A DNA stretch of 64,000 bases from positions 40,213 through 104,212 of IMG/VR virus record IMGVR_UViG_3300044641_010298. One strand, given 5' to 3'. Position numbers and translations under genes: made by a program. Origin of the DNA: a virus. Position 1 is the first letter of the stretch; each line of letters opens with the position of its first letter. The notes beneath the pieces are model-generated. The model was not told the DNA's origin, searched no databases, and saw only the letters and a list, made by a program, of their open reading frames with translations. Positions 49,659 to 58,209 of this stretch are shown one piece after another.

Positions 49659-50111
49659 CTACCCAGCGTCCTCCCAGTCCTTGATCCGCTGCCAGAGGTC
49701 GAAGAGCCGCTTCACATCGGCGAGGGGCAGGGAGGTGAGTCCCTCGCTGAACTTGAGCGAGAGCTCGTCCATGTCCACCGTCACATCACCGCCACCCATG
49801 TTCACCGTGATGCTCCGGATCGGCTGGAAGGGGACGATGCAGCCCGAGGGGCTGACGGGACGGACAGCCGGCGTGCCGTCAGCAGTGGTCATGCCCCTGT
49901 CAGCCATCAGGACCTCGACGGCCTCCTTCGCCTCCTTCAGGCCGACGCCGGGCCGGTCCTTGCCGCTGAAAGGATCGATCGTTCGGTGGCGAGAGGCGTC
50001 GCGGACCACCTTGATCGCGTTGATCTTGTTGGCGTAGCCGCCGCCCGTCTTGTCGTCCAGGAGCGTCTTCACCTGGCTCATCTCTTCCGCGGTCAGCATG
50101 ATCTTGATCAT
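49659..50111 (-). CDS. ribosomal protein bL12 (L7/L12) CTD-like domain protein
   Basis: 'NKINAIKVVR' and 'GLKEAKEAVE' match L7/L12 C-terminal motifs, separated by an insertion. Confidence 0.7.
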   Translation of the reverse strand: MIKIMLTAEEMSQVKTLLDDKTGGGYANKINAIKVVRDASRHRTIDPFSGKDRPGVGLKEAKEAVEVLMADRGMTTADGTPAVRPVSPSGCIVPFQPIRSITVNMGGGDVTVDMDELSLKFSEGLTSLPLADVKRLFDLWQRIKDWEDAG

Positions 50112-50128
50112 CTTTCCTCTCCGTGGTT

Positions 50129-50467
50129 CTATTCTACCAGGACCCCGCGCTCTCGCAGGAGCTTCACAGCTGCGGTGTGCCCGTGAGCCGTGAGGATCTC
50201 GATCGCTTTCGCCTCAGCGGTGGGCTCGTCATCGGTGTCAGCGAGGATGTGACCCAGCTCGTGAGCCTCAATCGCCAGCAGGTGGTCGGGAGTGCACCAT
50301 CCCTGGCTGGCGATGCGCCCATCGATCACAGCGACTGGGTACTCCGTCCCGCGGATCGCATAGCCGTGATTCTGATCAGAGAGCCGCTCGACCACCGTGC
50401 CTTCATCTCGGTCCTCAACCTCGACGACCAGCACATTGCTTGCCATGTCGGACATCCTGAACTTCAT
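50129..50467 (-). CDS. HExxH metallopeptidase-like protein
   Basis: 'AIEAHELGHI...E..AE'. Confidence 0.6.
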   Translation of the reverse strand: MKFRMSDMASNVLVVEVEDRDEGTVVERLSDQNHGYAIRGTEYPVAVIDGRIASQGWCTPDHLLAIEAHELGHILADTDDEPTAEAKAIEILTAHGHTAAVKLLRERGVLVE

Positions 50468-50493
50468 CTCGCCTCCCTTCTACATCTATCGTA

Positions 50494-50913
50494 TCACTTC
50501 GCATGCCCGTCACACAGCGTGCGGACCCAGCCTCCGCCGCGGGGCTTCCCAGGTGCACCACAGATCTCACAGGTGCGGAGCGCAAGCGATTCAGCGAGAG
50601 CGATTGCACCGTCGATGTAGTCGTCGCTATTGCTCACATAGAATCGCAGCCCGCCCCACTTCTCCTTCACCTGCACCGCGACTGTCTGGTGGCCCTCATC
50701 CCATTCAGCATCAGTGAGGTCCTTAAAGTCGCTCTTCTTCCGCTTCCAGTCCAGGTGGTGCTGGATTGTGTTACACAGCGTGTCGACGATGTCATACCAG
50801 CCGTCGTCATGCTCGAAGCCGAAGCACATCAGTGTCTGGCGGGGATCGCCCCGCCTGTCACAAAAGATCTTCGGGTATCGCTCACACAGTGACTTGTCCT
50901 TCTCCTCAGTCAT
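50494..50913 (-). CDS. phage hypothetical protein with C-terminal Zn ribbon
   Basis: 'GFEHDDGW', 'QVKEKWGGLRFY', 'CEICG...C..H'. Confidence 0.75.
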   Translation of the reverse strand: MTEEKDKSLCERYPKIFCDRRGDPRQTLMCFGFEHDDGWYDIVDTLCNTIQHHLDWKRKKSDFKDLTDAEWDEGHQTVAVQVKEKWGGLRFYVSNSDDYIDGAIALAESLALRTCEICGAPGKPRGGGWVRTLCDGHAK

Positions 50914-51119
50914 TTATTCCTCTCGTTGTGTCTATCGAGCATCGCTTGAATCGCTTCGATCACCACCCGCTGGAATCCCTCTTGATCGTCCGGCTGGAGC
51001 CCAAACGCTGCATAGAACTGGTCAACCTTGTCATCCTCGATCTCGAAGACAAATCGCGACCCGCCACCCTCTTGCGGAGCCTCGCTAATGCTCAGCAGCC
51101 CAGGAATATCACTCATCAT
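50910..51119 (-). CDS. hypothetical protein
   Basis: 69 aa, overlapping start/stop with neighbours. Confidence 0.6.
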   Translation of the reverse strand: MMSDIPGLLSISEAPQEGGGSRFVFEIEDDKVDQFYAAFGLQPDDQEGFQRVVIEAIQAMLDRHNERNK

Positions 51120-51453
51120 TCTTCACCTTTCCAGACGCAGCCAGCTCGGCGTAGCCTGGGTAGTACCCAGTTCCCTCGTGTAGATGCCTGAGCAGATTCT
51201 GGGGCCCGAATCCCTCAGCGTCACAGTGGGCATCCCAGAAGTCCTTGATCTCATCATAGGCTCGCAGCTGGACGGTGCGGAGCCGGAGGATCTCTTGGCT
51301 GAGGCGGGTCACCTCCGACTCAAGCGCAGCGACCTTGCTCGGCTCCGACACCCAGCGAGCGAAATCACGAATGACACCCTTGTGTGATCGAAGCAGGTCC
51401 TCGACATCCTGCTCGTTGATTCTATGCAGCCAGCCTGGCACATCGTTTGACAT
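51109..51453 (-). CDS. hypothetical protein
   Basis: 114 aa, GGAG SD. Confidence 0.6.
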   Translation of the reverse strand: MSNDVPGWLHRINEQDVEDLLRSHKGVIRDFARWVSEPSKVAALESEVTRLSQEILRLRTVQLRAYDEIKDFWDAHCDAEGFGPQNLLRHLHEGTGYYPGYAELAASGKVKNDE

Positions 51454-51461
51454 CGCTCCCC

Positions 51462-51629
51462 CTAGAAGGTGATCACCTGCTCCCAGTCAAATTCCTCGGC
51501 ATCCGTGAGCAGCGCATCAAAGAGGCTCTGCTCAGCGCCGGAATCACCCAGTGCCTCCTGCATCGCCTCGCTTGGTGGCTGGTCAGGCCGCCGCTCGATT
51601 ACAATCTGGCGCGTCCTGGCGCGGTCCAT
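51462..51629 (-). CDS. 55-aa acidic hypothetical protein
   Basis: MDRARTRQIV...EEFDWEQVITF; fills the gap with TGATG coupling. Confidence 0.5.
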   Translation of the reverse strand: MDRARTRQIVIERRPDQPPSEAMQEALGDSGAEQSLFDALLTDAEEFDWEQVITF

Positions 51630-51859
51630 CACTCATCCTCGCCACGCTTCGTGTTGCCTGTCTGGGGCTGGCGCTTCCGGATCACCAGGGTGGCCCGTGG
51701 GCGCTCGCCTGGCTTGAGCTCGGCGTCATCCTTCGGGTAGAAGACCACGAAGGTGCTGTCGCGGAGGTCAACGAGCGCTGGAAGATCGGCTCCGCCGATC
51801 AGGTACTCATCCCCGTTCTTGTCGGTGCGGGGCGTCAAACGGATCTCAAATTGGTTCAT
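51629..51859 (-). CDS. hypothetical protein
   Basis: MNQFEIRL..., AAGGA SD. Confidence 0.6.
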   Translation of the reverse strand: MNQFEIRLTPRTDKNGDEYLIGGADLPALVDLRDSTFVVFYPKDDAELKPGERPRATLVIRKRQPQTGNTKRGEDE

Positions 51860-51872
51860 GGTAACATCCTTT

Positions 51873-52142
51873 CTATGATACATCTTTGTCGTCTGGCTCC
51901 TCGCTCACCGGACCATTCCGGAAAGGGAGGACATTGGGTCGAGGCGGAGCCTCCTCCTCGTCATCATCGTCGTCGTCATCGTACTGCCACCCGTTGGCGA
52001 GCAGCATCGCGATGAAGGTCGCCACCGTCTCCTGATGCATCTTGATGATCCGATCCCCGGTCCGCAGGCCGTAGATCGCGCCAAGGATCGCACCGCTGAT
52101 GAAAGAGAGCGTGACGAGGATGAGGGCGACTGAGGGGTCCAT
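51873..52142 (-). CDS. membrane protein with acidic tract
   Basis: N-terminal TM helix, poly-D/E tract. Confidence 0.6.
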   Translation of the reverse strand: MDPSVALILVTLSFISGAILGAIYGLRTGDRIIKMHQETVATFIAMLLANGWQYDDDDDDDEEEAPPRPNVLPFRNGPVSEEPDDKDVS

Positions 52143-52172
52143 GGCTATATTCTGGTCCAGGGCTGCGGGTTG

Positions 52173-52352
52173 TTAATGCTCGAGCGAGCCGGTCCGCACT
52201 TGGACCAGCGTCCATAGGTCATCCAGCGCCGGGTCCGGGTCCTCCTGTAGGGCAGCTTTAAGCGAGAAGAGGTCGTCGGGTTCCATCTCGTTCAGGAGCC
52301 AGAGGTTGTCTGCGACCTGACGAGGGGTGGGCGGTGCTTCAAGATTGATCAT
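52173..52352 (-). CDS. 59-aa acidic hypothetical protein
   Basis: MINLEAPPTP...; AGGAG SD. Confidence 0.55.
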   Translation of the reverse strand: MINLEAPPTPRQVADNLWLLNEMEPDDLFSLKAALQEDPDPALDDLWTLVQVRTGSLEH

Positions 52353-52360
52353 GTTGACTC

Positions 52361-52414
52361 CTATCGGAAAGAAGCGAGGAAGAGAAGGATGATGATGCCC
52401 ATGATGATCGCCAT
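52361..52414 (-). CDS. 17-aa hydrophobic peptide
   Basis: MAIIMGIIILLFLASFR; AAGGAGG SD directly after cassette promoter. Confidence 0.5.
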   Translation of the reverse strand: MAIIMGIIILLFLASFR

Positions 52415-52467
52415 TGTTTGCCTCCTTACCTTGTTATTGTACCAGGTCGCCCACCGCCCGCACGGGC

Positions 52468-52614
52468 TTAGCCCTCGACCTCGATCACCTGGAGGAGGCC
52501 CTCGATCGTGTCGAGGTCGAGGCCGGACCAGAGGGCGCGGGAGATGACCACGCCGGTGTCGAGCCCCTGGGCCTTGGTCGCGAGGATCTGGTCGATGAAG
52601 TGGTGAGCTGCCAT
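52468..52614 (-). CDS. 48-aa cassette protein family C
   Basis: MAAHHFIDQ...ISRALWSGLDLDTIEGLL; paralog of 59658..59810. Confidence 0.75.
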   Translation of the reverse strand: MAAHHFIDQILATKAQGLDTGVVISRALWSGLDLDTIEGLLQVIEVEG

Positions 52615-52626
52615 GTTTGCCTCCAG

Positions 52627-52645
52627 GGCGGAGTCCATCCCCGCC
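52627..52645 (-). promoter_or_regulatory. AUGGA-loop leader hairpin (copy 2)
   Basis: GGCGGGG-AUGGA-CUCCGCC (one G.U pair). Confidence 0.7.
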
Positions 52646-52705
52646 GCCTTGCCAGATTATTCTACCATCAGCTGTCAGGGTCGCACGAGGCCCCGGCCGG
52701 TGAGG

Positions 52706-53011
52706 CTAGAGGGAAAGGAATCGAGAGATATCAGAGGAATCAATGTAGAACTCAATGCCGGATTGAGTCTTGAGGCGGAGCTGGGGATGGGCCAGGCCGG
52801 CCTGCTTGGAGGTCAGGATGGCCAGGAGCTGGACTTGATCACCGGGGTTCAGGTGGGAGGTGGGATCAGGATTGATGGGGTAGGAATTGAAGGGGCCGGG
52901 GTGCCGGGAAACAAGGTTGGGAATGCGGGGGTTGAAGTTGATGCAGGTTTTCTTGGTGATGGTGAGGGTGGAGGGGTTGGTGTTCCGGATGATGGTGAGG
53001 TTGAGAGCCAT
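52706..53011 (-). CDS. cassette hypothetical protein (SH3-like C-half)
   Basis: 101 aa; AAGGAGG SD. Confidence 0.65.
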   Translation of the reverse strand: MALNLTIIRNTNPSTLTITKKTCINFNPRIPNLVSRHPGPFNSYPINPDPTSHLNPGDQVQLLAILTSKQAGLAHPQLRLKTQSGIEFYIDSSDISRFLSL

Positions 53012-53087
53012 TTGTCCTCCTTGGCCTATTCATTATACCAATCGATTCCGGATTCGCACGAGGCCCGGAAGGCCGGAGGCCATCCCG

Positions 53088-53471
53088 TTACGGGGCCGCC
53101 TCGAGCCCGAAGAAGCCGTCGTCACCGAGGACGAGGTCGAGCTTCGCCATCATCGCCGCGGCCTCGCCGCTGACCACCTCCTCGGCCGTCAGGACCGGGA
53201 CCACGACCGGCGCCGCTTCGACCACCTTCCGGGGCCGCTTGAGGACCGCCTCCGGGAGGGTCATGCCCGCCGCCTTCACCGCGGCCTTCGCACGATGGCC
53301 GATCGAGACCCGGGTCCCGCGGTCGAAGTCACCGCCGGTCACGTGCATGAGCATCTTCGAACCCCAGCGAAGAGGGGATGCGACAAACACTTCACCATCA
53401 GCAATCCCGTGGACCACGATGTTTCCGTCCTCAAGAACCACAGATTCGATAGAGATGTTCTTTGAAGCCAT
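53088..53471 (-). CDS. cassette protein family B
   Basis: 'LRWGSKMLMHVTGGDFDRGTRVSIGH'; start MASKN at 53471. Confidence 0.85.
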   Translation of the reverse strand: MASKNISIESVVLEDGNIVVHGIADGEVFVASPLRWGSKMLMHVTGGDFDRGTRVSIGHRAKAAVKAAGMTLPEAVLKRPRKVVEAAPVVVPVLTAEEVVSGEAAAMMAKLDLVLGDDGFFGLEAAP

Positions 53472-53581
53472 GTTTAACTCCTTGGTTGATTGCTGTTTGT
53501 TTCCGCCAGGATATTTTACCACTCATCTCAATGTTCGCACGAGAATCGATACATGAGAGAAGTTGTCGCCATACTTAGACT

Positions 53582-53672
53582 AGACCCCTGGTGAGTTAGT
53601 TCTCTTCTCCGGCAGAGAACTTCTGCGACAAACGATTTGTTCGCAACTCAGTATCAACCAGGGGTCTTTTTT
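53582..53672 (+). ncRNA. putative cloverleaf antisense/leader RNA (P4 CI / P1 c4-like architecture)
   Basis: P1 AGACCCCTGGT/ACCAGGGGTCT plus U-run, P2 GAGTT/AACTC, P3 AGTTCTCT/AGAGAACT, P4 GCGACAAA/TTTGT.CGC; loop and bulge complementary to 53704-53724. Confidence 0.55.
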
Positions 53673-53729
53673 GTCAGAAGAGAATATATAGAAACATCGA
53701 GGATTGATACTCCTCGTCCGGAGAGAAAC

Positions 53730-54392
53730 ATGACCAAAGCAATATACGCAGAGTGCATGTATTGTGGGAAGCCACACAGAAAGAAATCAGCAAGCCCACG
53801 ATGTTCCAAGTGCAAATACCTCGACCCTGATTTTAGGAAGAAAGTTTCAGATGGTCTCAAACAAAGCCTCAACAATCCTGAGACAAGAAAGTCAAGATCA
53901 GAGAAAGCAAAGCGAATGTGGTCTGATGAATCATACAGAGAAAAACAAGCTGAATCATATTCCTCCAGAAAAGACGAAGAATATCGATCCAAGCAATCGA
54001 TTTCAAATAGCTCTATTTGGTCAAGCCTAGAGCTTCGAGAAAGACAATCAAAAATGGCAAAAGAAAGATGGGACAATCCTGATTACAGGAGCAAATTTCT
54101 TGAAACAGTCAGGGAAGAAGAATACAGAAAGAGAAAATCTCTCTCGCTGGGCGGAGATGGTGACTTAAGTAGAATCGAAAATGATCAATCATCTGCGCTC
54201 AAGCAGTGGTCAAAGAAAGTAAAAACAAGAGACAACCATCAATGCCAGCACTGCGGATCAGTGAATGATTTGCATGCTCATCACGTCAAGCGAAAAGCAA
54301 TGTTTCCTGATCTGGCCCTTGAGATTACCAATGGAATCACGCTCTGCTCATTGTGCCATGCACAAGAGCACAGAAAGCTGAACAATCAGTAG
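53730..54392 (+). mobile_element. free-standing HNH homing endonuclease with NUMOD3-like repeats
   Basis: C-terminal 'CQHCG...LHAHH...NGITLCSLCH...H'; repeats 'RSEKAKRMWSDESYR', 'QSKMAKERWDNPDYR'; AT-rich and opposite strand to flanks. Confidence 0.85.
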
Positions 54393-54580
54393 ACAACGAC
54401 TTTAATTATCTGGTCGTCGTAGCCCCAGCACCACTCGCCGGGGCGGACCATGCCGTCGAAGCCGGGCCGGCCGTTCTTGATGTCCGATTCCTTGGACTCG
54501 ACCTCGACCGTGCGGACCTCGCCGCCAAAGGCGCGGTACTTGATGATGGAGCCGACGCGGTAGTTGTGCTGCTTGTTCAT
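54386..54580 (-). CDS. SH3-like cassette protein
   Basis: 64 aa; 'IKNGRPGFDG...WGYDDQI'; AAGGAGG SD. Confidence 0.75.
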   Translation of the reverse strand: MNKQHNYRVGSIIKYRAFGGEVRTVEVESKESDIKNGRPGFDGMVRPGEWCWGYDDQIIKVVVY

Positions 54581-54630
54581 CTTGCCTCCTTGTGAAGTTA
54601 TTCTACCACACCCGACCCGACCCGCACGGG

Positions 54631-54915
54631 TCAGATCGACGCGAGTCCCATCTTCAGGAGGTCGATCCTCCGGACCTGGGAAGGACGGGGGTCACGGTGA
54701 TTGGACCACTTCTTGATGTCCTTCTCGATCACACCCTTCAGGAGTCGGATCGAGTCCTCCTGGGTCGAACCCCACTTTCCACACTCCACAGTCCTGGATC
54801 CATCCGCGCACATCCAGGTCTTCCACACGTCCTCAGTCAGTCCCTGGACCTTGAGATAGGAGAAGAATCCATTGGGGGCGACCGTCGTTTCGATGAAGAA
54901 GTTGAGACCCATCAT
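54631..54915 (-). CDS. cassette hypothetical protein
   Basis: start after AAGGAGGACAGA. Confidence 0.7.
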   Translation of the reverse strand: MMGLNFFIETTVAPNGFFSYLKVQGLTEDVWKTWMCADGSRTVECGKWGSTQEDSIRLLKGVIEKDIKKWSNHRDPRPSQVRRIDLLKMGLASI

Positions 54916-54974
54916 TCTGTCCTCCTTGGTTCCTGACCTCGATATCATACCATCGATCGGGTCGGTCGCACGGG

Positions 54975-55205
54975 TCAGATCGCGACGGAGCCGTCCTGGG
55001 GGAGGTGCAGCCGGGCGACCGCCGCATCCATCTCAGCAGCGGACCACTCTTGGAGCTGAGCATCGACCTCGGGGGCCAGACTCCGCTCCCGGGCGAGGTC
55101 CCACAGGTCGCGGTTGATGACCGAGCCGGTCTCGAGCGGGAGCTCTCCCTTGAAGGTGGCGTTGCCGACGAGACGGATGAGGGTCGCGATTCGGTGAGCG
55201 GTCAT
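54975..55205 (-). CDS. cassette hypothetical protein
   Basis: 76 aa; GGAGG SD. Confidence 0.7.
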   Translation of the reverse strand: MTAHRIATLIRLVGNATFKGELPLETGSVINRDLWDLARERSLAPEVDAQLQEWSAAEMDAAVARLHLPQDGSVAI

Positions 55206-55257
55206 GCTGTCCTCCGTTGTGTGTAGATCATACCATCGATCGGGTCGGGCGCACGGG

Positions 55258-55821
55258 TCAGCTGCCGGCGATCGTGGTCACCTGCCTGACCTCTCGGTAG
55301 CCGCCCACGCTGAAGTAGGAGCGCTGCCGGTCAGCGAGCGAGACGAGAGTTGGATCCAACGCTCGGGCCCACTTGAGCCGGTTCTCGATGATGGCGATCT
55401 GGTGCTGGTGACCGCGGCCATTCGTGGGCGGCGGGACATGGGCCCAGAGCACCCGCATCCCCATCAGCCGGTCCACAGCCGCGACCCGATCCGGGCACAG
55501 GCCCTGGTGCACCATGGCTGCAGCAGCACAGGACATCGACCAGCCAGTGCCCGTCGGGGTCCGGCTGTCGAGATGGGTGATCAGCCTCTCAGCCAGCGAG
55601 CGCCCGTGGGTCTTGCCCGCGTACATGATCTGCTCGCCCTCGAACAGGATGTAGATGCCCACGGGGTGGGGCTCGCCCGCCAGCGCCTGCACCATCAGGT
55701 CGCGGACGGAGAGATCGCCCAGCACCGGGGCGGTCCCGCTGCGGTGGAGAGCCGCGCCCTGGATCCGACCTAGCGGGAGCCCGCCCCAGTCCTCGAACCG
55801 CCAGATCTGGGCGCCGCTCAC
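55258..55821 (-). CDS. GIY-YIG-like nuclease
   Basis: 'GIYILF....IMYAGKT...LAERLITHL' and a later 'IIENRL'. Confidence 0.7.
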   Translation of the reverse strand: MSGAQIWRFEDWGGLPLGRIQGAALHRSGTAPVLGDLSVRDLMVQALAGEPHPVGIYILFEGEQIMYAGKTHGRSLAERLITHLDSRTPTGTGWSMSCAAAAMVHQGLCPDRVAAVDRLMGMRVLWAHVPPPTNGRGHQHQIAIIENRLKWARALDPTLVSLADRQRSYFSVGGYREVRQVTTIAGS

Positions 55822-55910
55822 TGGCGATCCCCAAGCCAGAGCTGCAGGTTGCCAAGCATCCAGCCAGAGGTGAGAGCGAGGGTCAGAAGAGCCAGAATGT
55901 CGATGACCAT
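55818..55910 (-). CDS. 30-aa membrane peptide
   Basis: MVIDILALLTLALTSGWMLGNLQLWLGDRQ; AGGAGG SD; GTGA overlap with nuclease start. Confidence 0.55.
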   Translation of the reverse strand: MVIDILALLTLALTSGWMLGNLQLWLGDRQ

Positions 55911-55959
55911 GTTGCCTCCTGTGATCATTGTATCAATGTATCAGTGCGTTGCACGCGAG

Positions 55960-56076
55960 CTACATGAGCCGTTCGATCAGCCTGATGAGCCCAAAGGTGA
56001 CGAAGGGAGAGACCAGTCCCGCTGCGATGAAGATCGGGACGGGGTGTCGAATGATTGTCGGGTCCGTGTGCCTCAT
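55960..56076 (-). CDS. 38-aa membrane peptide
   Basis: MRHTDPTIIRHPVPIFIAAGLVSPFVTFGLIRLIERLM; ATGA coupling. Confidence 0.5.
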   Translation of the reverse strand: MRHTDPTIIRHPVPIFIAAGLVSPFVTFGLIRLIERLM

Positions 56077-56258
56077 AGGATGTGGGGCCTCGGGTCGTAG
56101 AGCCGCCGCTCGGCCTCGAGCGCCTCGATGTGCAGCCGCATGTCCCGTGCTGCCTCCTTGCGAAGGGGTGATGGCGACCTCTCCATCGCAGCAGCCTCGC
56201 GCCGGAGACACTCGATCGTGTTGTTCAATTGGTTCCAGGGCATCCCGCTTCGGGTCAT
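56073..56258 (-). CDS. hypothetical protein
   Basis: MTRSGMPWNQL...; ATGA coupling. Confidence 0.55.
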   Translation of the reverse strand: MTRSGMPWNQLNNTIECLRREAAAMERSPSPLRKEAARDMRLHIEALEAERRLYDPRPHIL

Positions 56259-56527
56259 TTGGGCTTCCTCTTGCGCAGTTCCTCGATCGGGATCCCGCTG
56301 AAGGCAGACCGGAGCTTCTTCTTGGCCGCGGCGTTGAAGGGGATCCCATTGACGGAGTGGACCTCCTCCGCCATCTTGAAGACCCACTCGATCGTCCCAT
56401 ACTTGTCCCGCAGCACGCGGCCCGCCCGATCAGGCTCTCGGCCCCAGTAGACATCCCAGCAGGCCTCGGCGACTGTCCGGGGCATGTCATCGGGGTGGGG
56501 GTAGGTGAATCCGACTCTGTCGCTCAT
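56255..56527 (-). CDS. hypothetical protein
   Basis: MSDRVGFTYP...; AAGGAG SD. Confidence 0.65.
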   Translation of the reverse strand: MSDRVGFTYPHPDDMPRTVAEACWDVYWGREPDRAGRVLRDKYGTIEWVFKMAEEVHSVNGIPFNAAAKKKLRSAFSGIPIEELRKRKPK

Positions 56528-56567
56528 GTTGTCTCCTTGTGTATCATATCGCCCGGGATGGGCTCGT

Positions 56568-56792
56568 TCACTGGATCTCACTGCACGGGACGCTCTCCTC
56601 CATGATCAGGTCCTCGGGCCAGCCGGTGCTGATCTGCCCGTCGTAGAGGAGCTCCCAGTGATCGGTCCGAGTGGCACCTGCCCGCGACCCGTTCGGGACG
56701 AACTTCCCAATCCGCCGGACCACGATGAAGTAGTCCGACTGCCCCTCGACCGGGTGGTGCCACTTCCTGAGCTGCCCGAGATGGACGCTCAT
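56568..56792 (-). CDS. hypothetical protein
   Basis: 74 aa; ATGA coupling. Confidence 0.6.
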   Translation of the reverse strand: MSVHLGQLRKWHHPVEGQSDYFIVVRRIGKFVPNGSRAGATRTDHWELLYDGQISTGWPEDLIMEESVPCSEIQ

Positions 56793-57064
56793 GCGGCGAG
56801 CCTGGGCGACAGGATCCTGACGCCGGTGACCTGAACCAGGTGATCGATGTGCACATCGTCGAGCAGCTCACCGTCCTGGAAGTGGACCGAGACATAGTCG
56901 GGGTCGTCCTCGTCGATCTCCATTACCTCGCCCAGGAGGCCGTTGCAGTGCTTGATGAACTTCCCGAAGCCGTCACCGGGCTCCATCTCCCAGTCTGCCA
57001 GGGTCATGCCGCCCGCGGTCGCATCGAAGCGGACCGTGTCGCCCACCTTCAGGCCGCCTACCAC
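56789..57064 (-). CDS. SH3/KOW-like hypothetical protein
   Basis: 'LKVGDTVRF...LGEVMEID...VSVHFQDG'. Confidence 0.6.
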   Translation of the reverse strand: MVGGLKVGDTVRFDATAGGMTLADWEMEPGDGFGKFIKHCNGLLGEVMEIDEDDPDYVSVHFQDGELLDDVHIDHLVQVTGVRILSPRLAA

Positions 57065-57285
57065 AGGGCACCAGAGGCCGCGACATCGAAGGCCCGCTGG
57101 CGATCTGCCTCGACCGCAGCCTCGACCGTCTCGCTGCCGTAGGACCGGCGGGCACAGGGGTCGCAGTCGAAGAGGACCGGGGTCCCGTTGACCAGCGCCT
57201 CGAACCCAACGCCGCTGGGCCGGCCGCAGGAATCGCAGCGGGGCTGCGAGGGGCGGGTGACGAAGACCAGGTTGCTGCTGCTCAT
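57058..57285 (-). CDS. Zn-finger cassette protein
   Basis: 'CDSC...CDPC'; GGAGG SD before MSSSN. Confidence 0.6.
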   Translation of the reverse strand: MSSSNLVFVTRPSQPRCDSCGRPSGVGFEALVNGTPVLFDCDPCARRSYGSETVEAAVEADRQRAFDVAASGALW

Positions 57286-57392
57286 CTTACCTCCAAGATC
57301 GTTGTCCACATTCATATTGTAACACAGCGGGTGCCGCCCGCACGGGACGCAGCGTTCATGCCTCGCGCGTCGTTTTGATCGAAGATGGGTGG

Positions 57393-57596
57393 TTATATGG
57401 ACCGCTGCTCCAGGTCAGCATCCAAGGGCAGAAGCTCCTCTGGCCAGCAGGTGAGCGTGACGCCAGGGACGACAGGGTCCACCAGGATGATGAGCCTGTC
57501 ATCATCGCTGTCACAGCCCAGGACCATGGCAAGCCGCCCAGCGTATTCGGGGGTCCACATCTCGGGGATGAGGCGAACGATGTCGCCCGGCCCCAT
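57393..57596 (-). CDS. SH3-like hypothetical protein
   Basis: MGPGDIVRL...; TGATG coupling. Confidence 0.55.
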   Translation of the reverse strand: MGPGDIVRLIPEMWTPEYAGRLAMVLGCDSDDDRLIILVDPVVPGVTLTCWPEELLPLDADLEQRSI

Positions 57597-57928
57597 CAGA
57601 AGGCCCCGTCCTGGACCAGGGCCTTGCACATCCGGGCGATGGCCACTCGGGCCCCTCGACCCATGAACAGGTCCTCATCGACCCCGGCCGTGCAGGCGAG
57701 AACCTCTTCCTTGACCCCGTGCCCGACCGGCTTGGGCATCCGGGGGTGGAGGCCATTCCAGTTGACCTTGAACCGGGTCGGGTACCGAGGGTCCATCCGG
57801 TCAGTCGCCACGAACTTGTGGGTCGTGCCGTCCGGAGCAGTGGCCACCCCGCTCACCGCGATCTGACCGATGGCCGAGCGGCGGATGTCCGTGATCGAGA
57901 AGCTCCAGCGAAGGTTGGCGGTGCTCAT
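57596..57928 (-). CDS. cassette protein family A, paralog of 46404..46727
   Basis: near-identical central segment. Confidence 0.85.
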   Translation of the reverse strand: MSTANLRWSFSITDIRRSAIGQIAVSGVATAPDGTTHKFVATDRMDPRYPTRFKVNWNGLHPRMPKPVGHGVKEEVLACTAGVDEDLFMGRGARVAIARMCKALVQDGAF

Positions 57929-58004
57929 TTCGTTCTCCTTGGTCCGTGGTTCCTTACCTTCCCATCATACCAGGTCGCTGTCCGCCCGCACGGGACTCGT
58001 AAGC

Positions 58005-58157
58005 TCAGGCTCCACGAATGAGTTCGATGCCGAGCGAGATCGAGGCCATGATGCTGATGAGGAAGGCGGTGCAGGCGACCGCGATCACGAGCCAGATCAG
58101 CTCGTCACGGGTCGGGAGGGTCGCGAGAGCGTTCCGGATCTGCCACTTGATGTCCAT
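58005..58157 (-). CDS. 50-aa membrane peptide
   Basis: MDIKWQIRN...LIWLVIAVACTAFLISIMASISLGIELIRGA. Confidence 0.6.
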   Translation of the reverse strand: MDIKWQIRNALATLPTRDELIWLVIAVACTAFLISIMASISLGIELIRGA

Positions 58158-58209
58158 TCTGTCCTCCGTGCTCTGTTATTGTACCATGCTTGCAGCCGCT
58201 CGCACGGGC

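Noticed and set aside
53582-54392. IscB/HEARO (OMEGA) RNA-guided system
   Set aside because: The protein is ~220 aa with no PLMP or split-RuvC motifs, and the RNA is only ~90 nt.
56543-56572. Additional cassette promoter copy
   Set aside because: A -10-like TATGAT is present, but the GCACG box is replaced by TTCAC; not counted.
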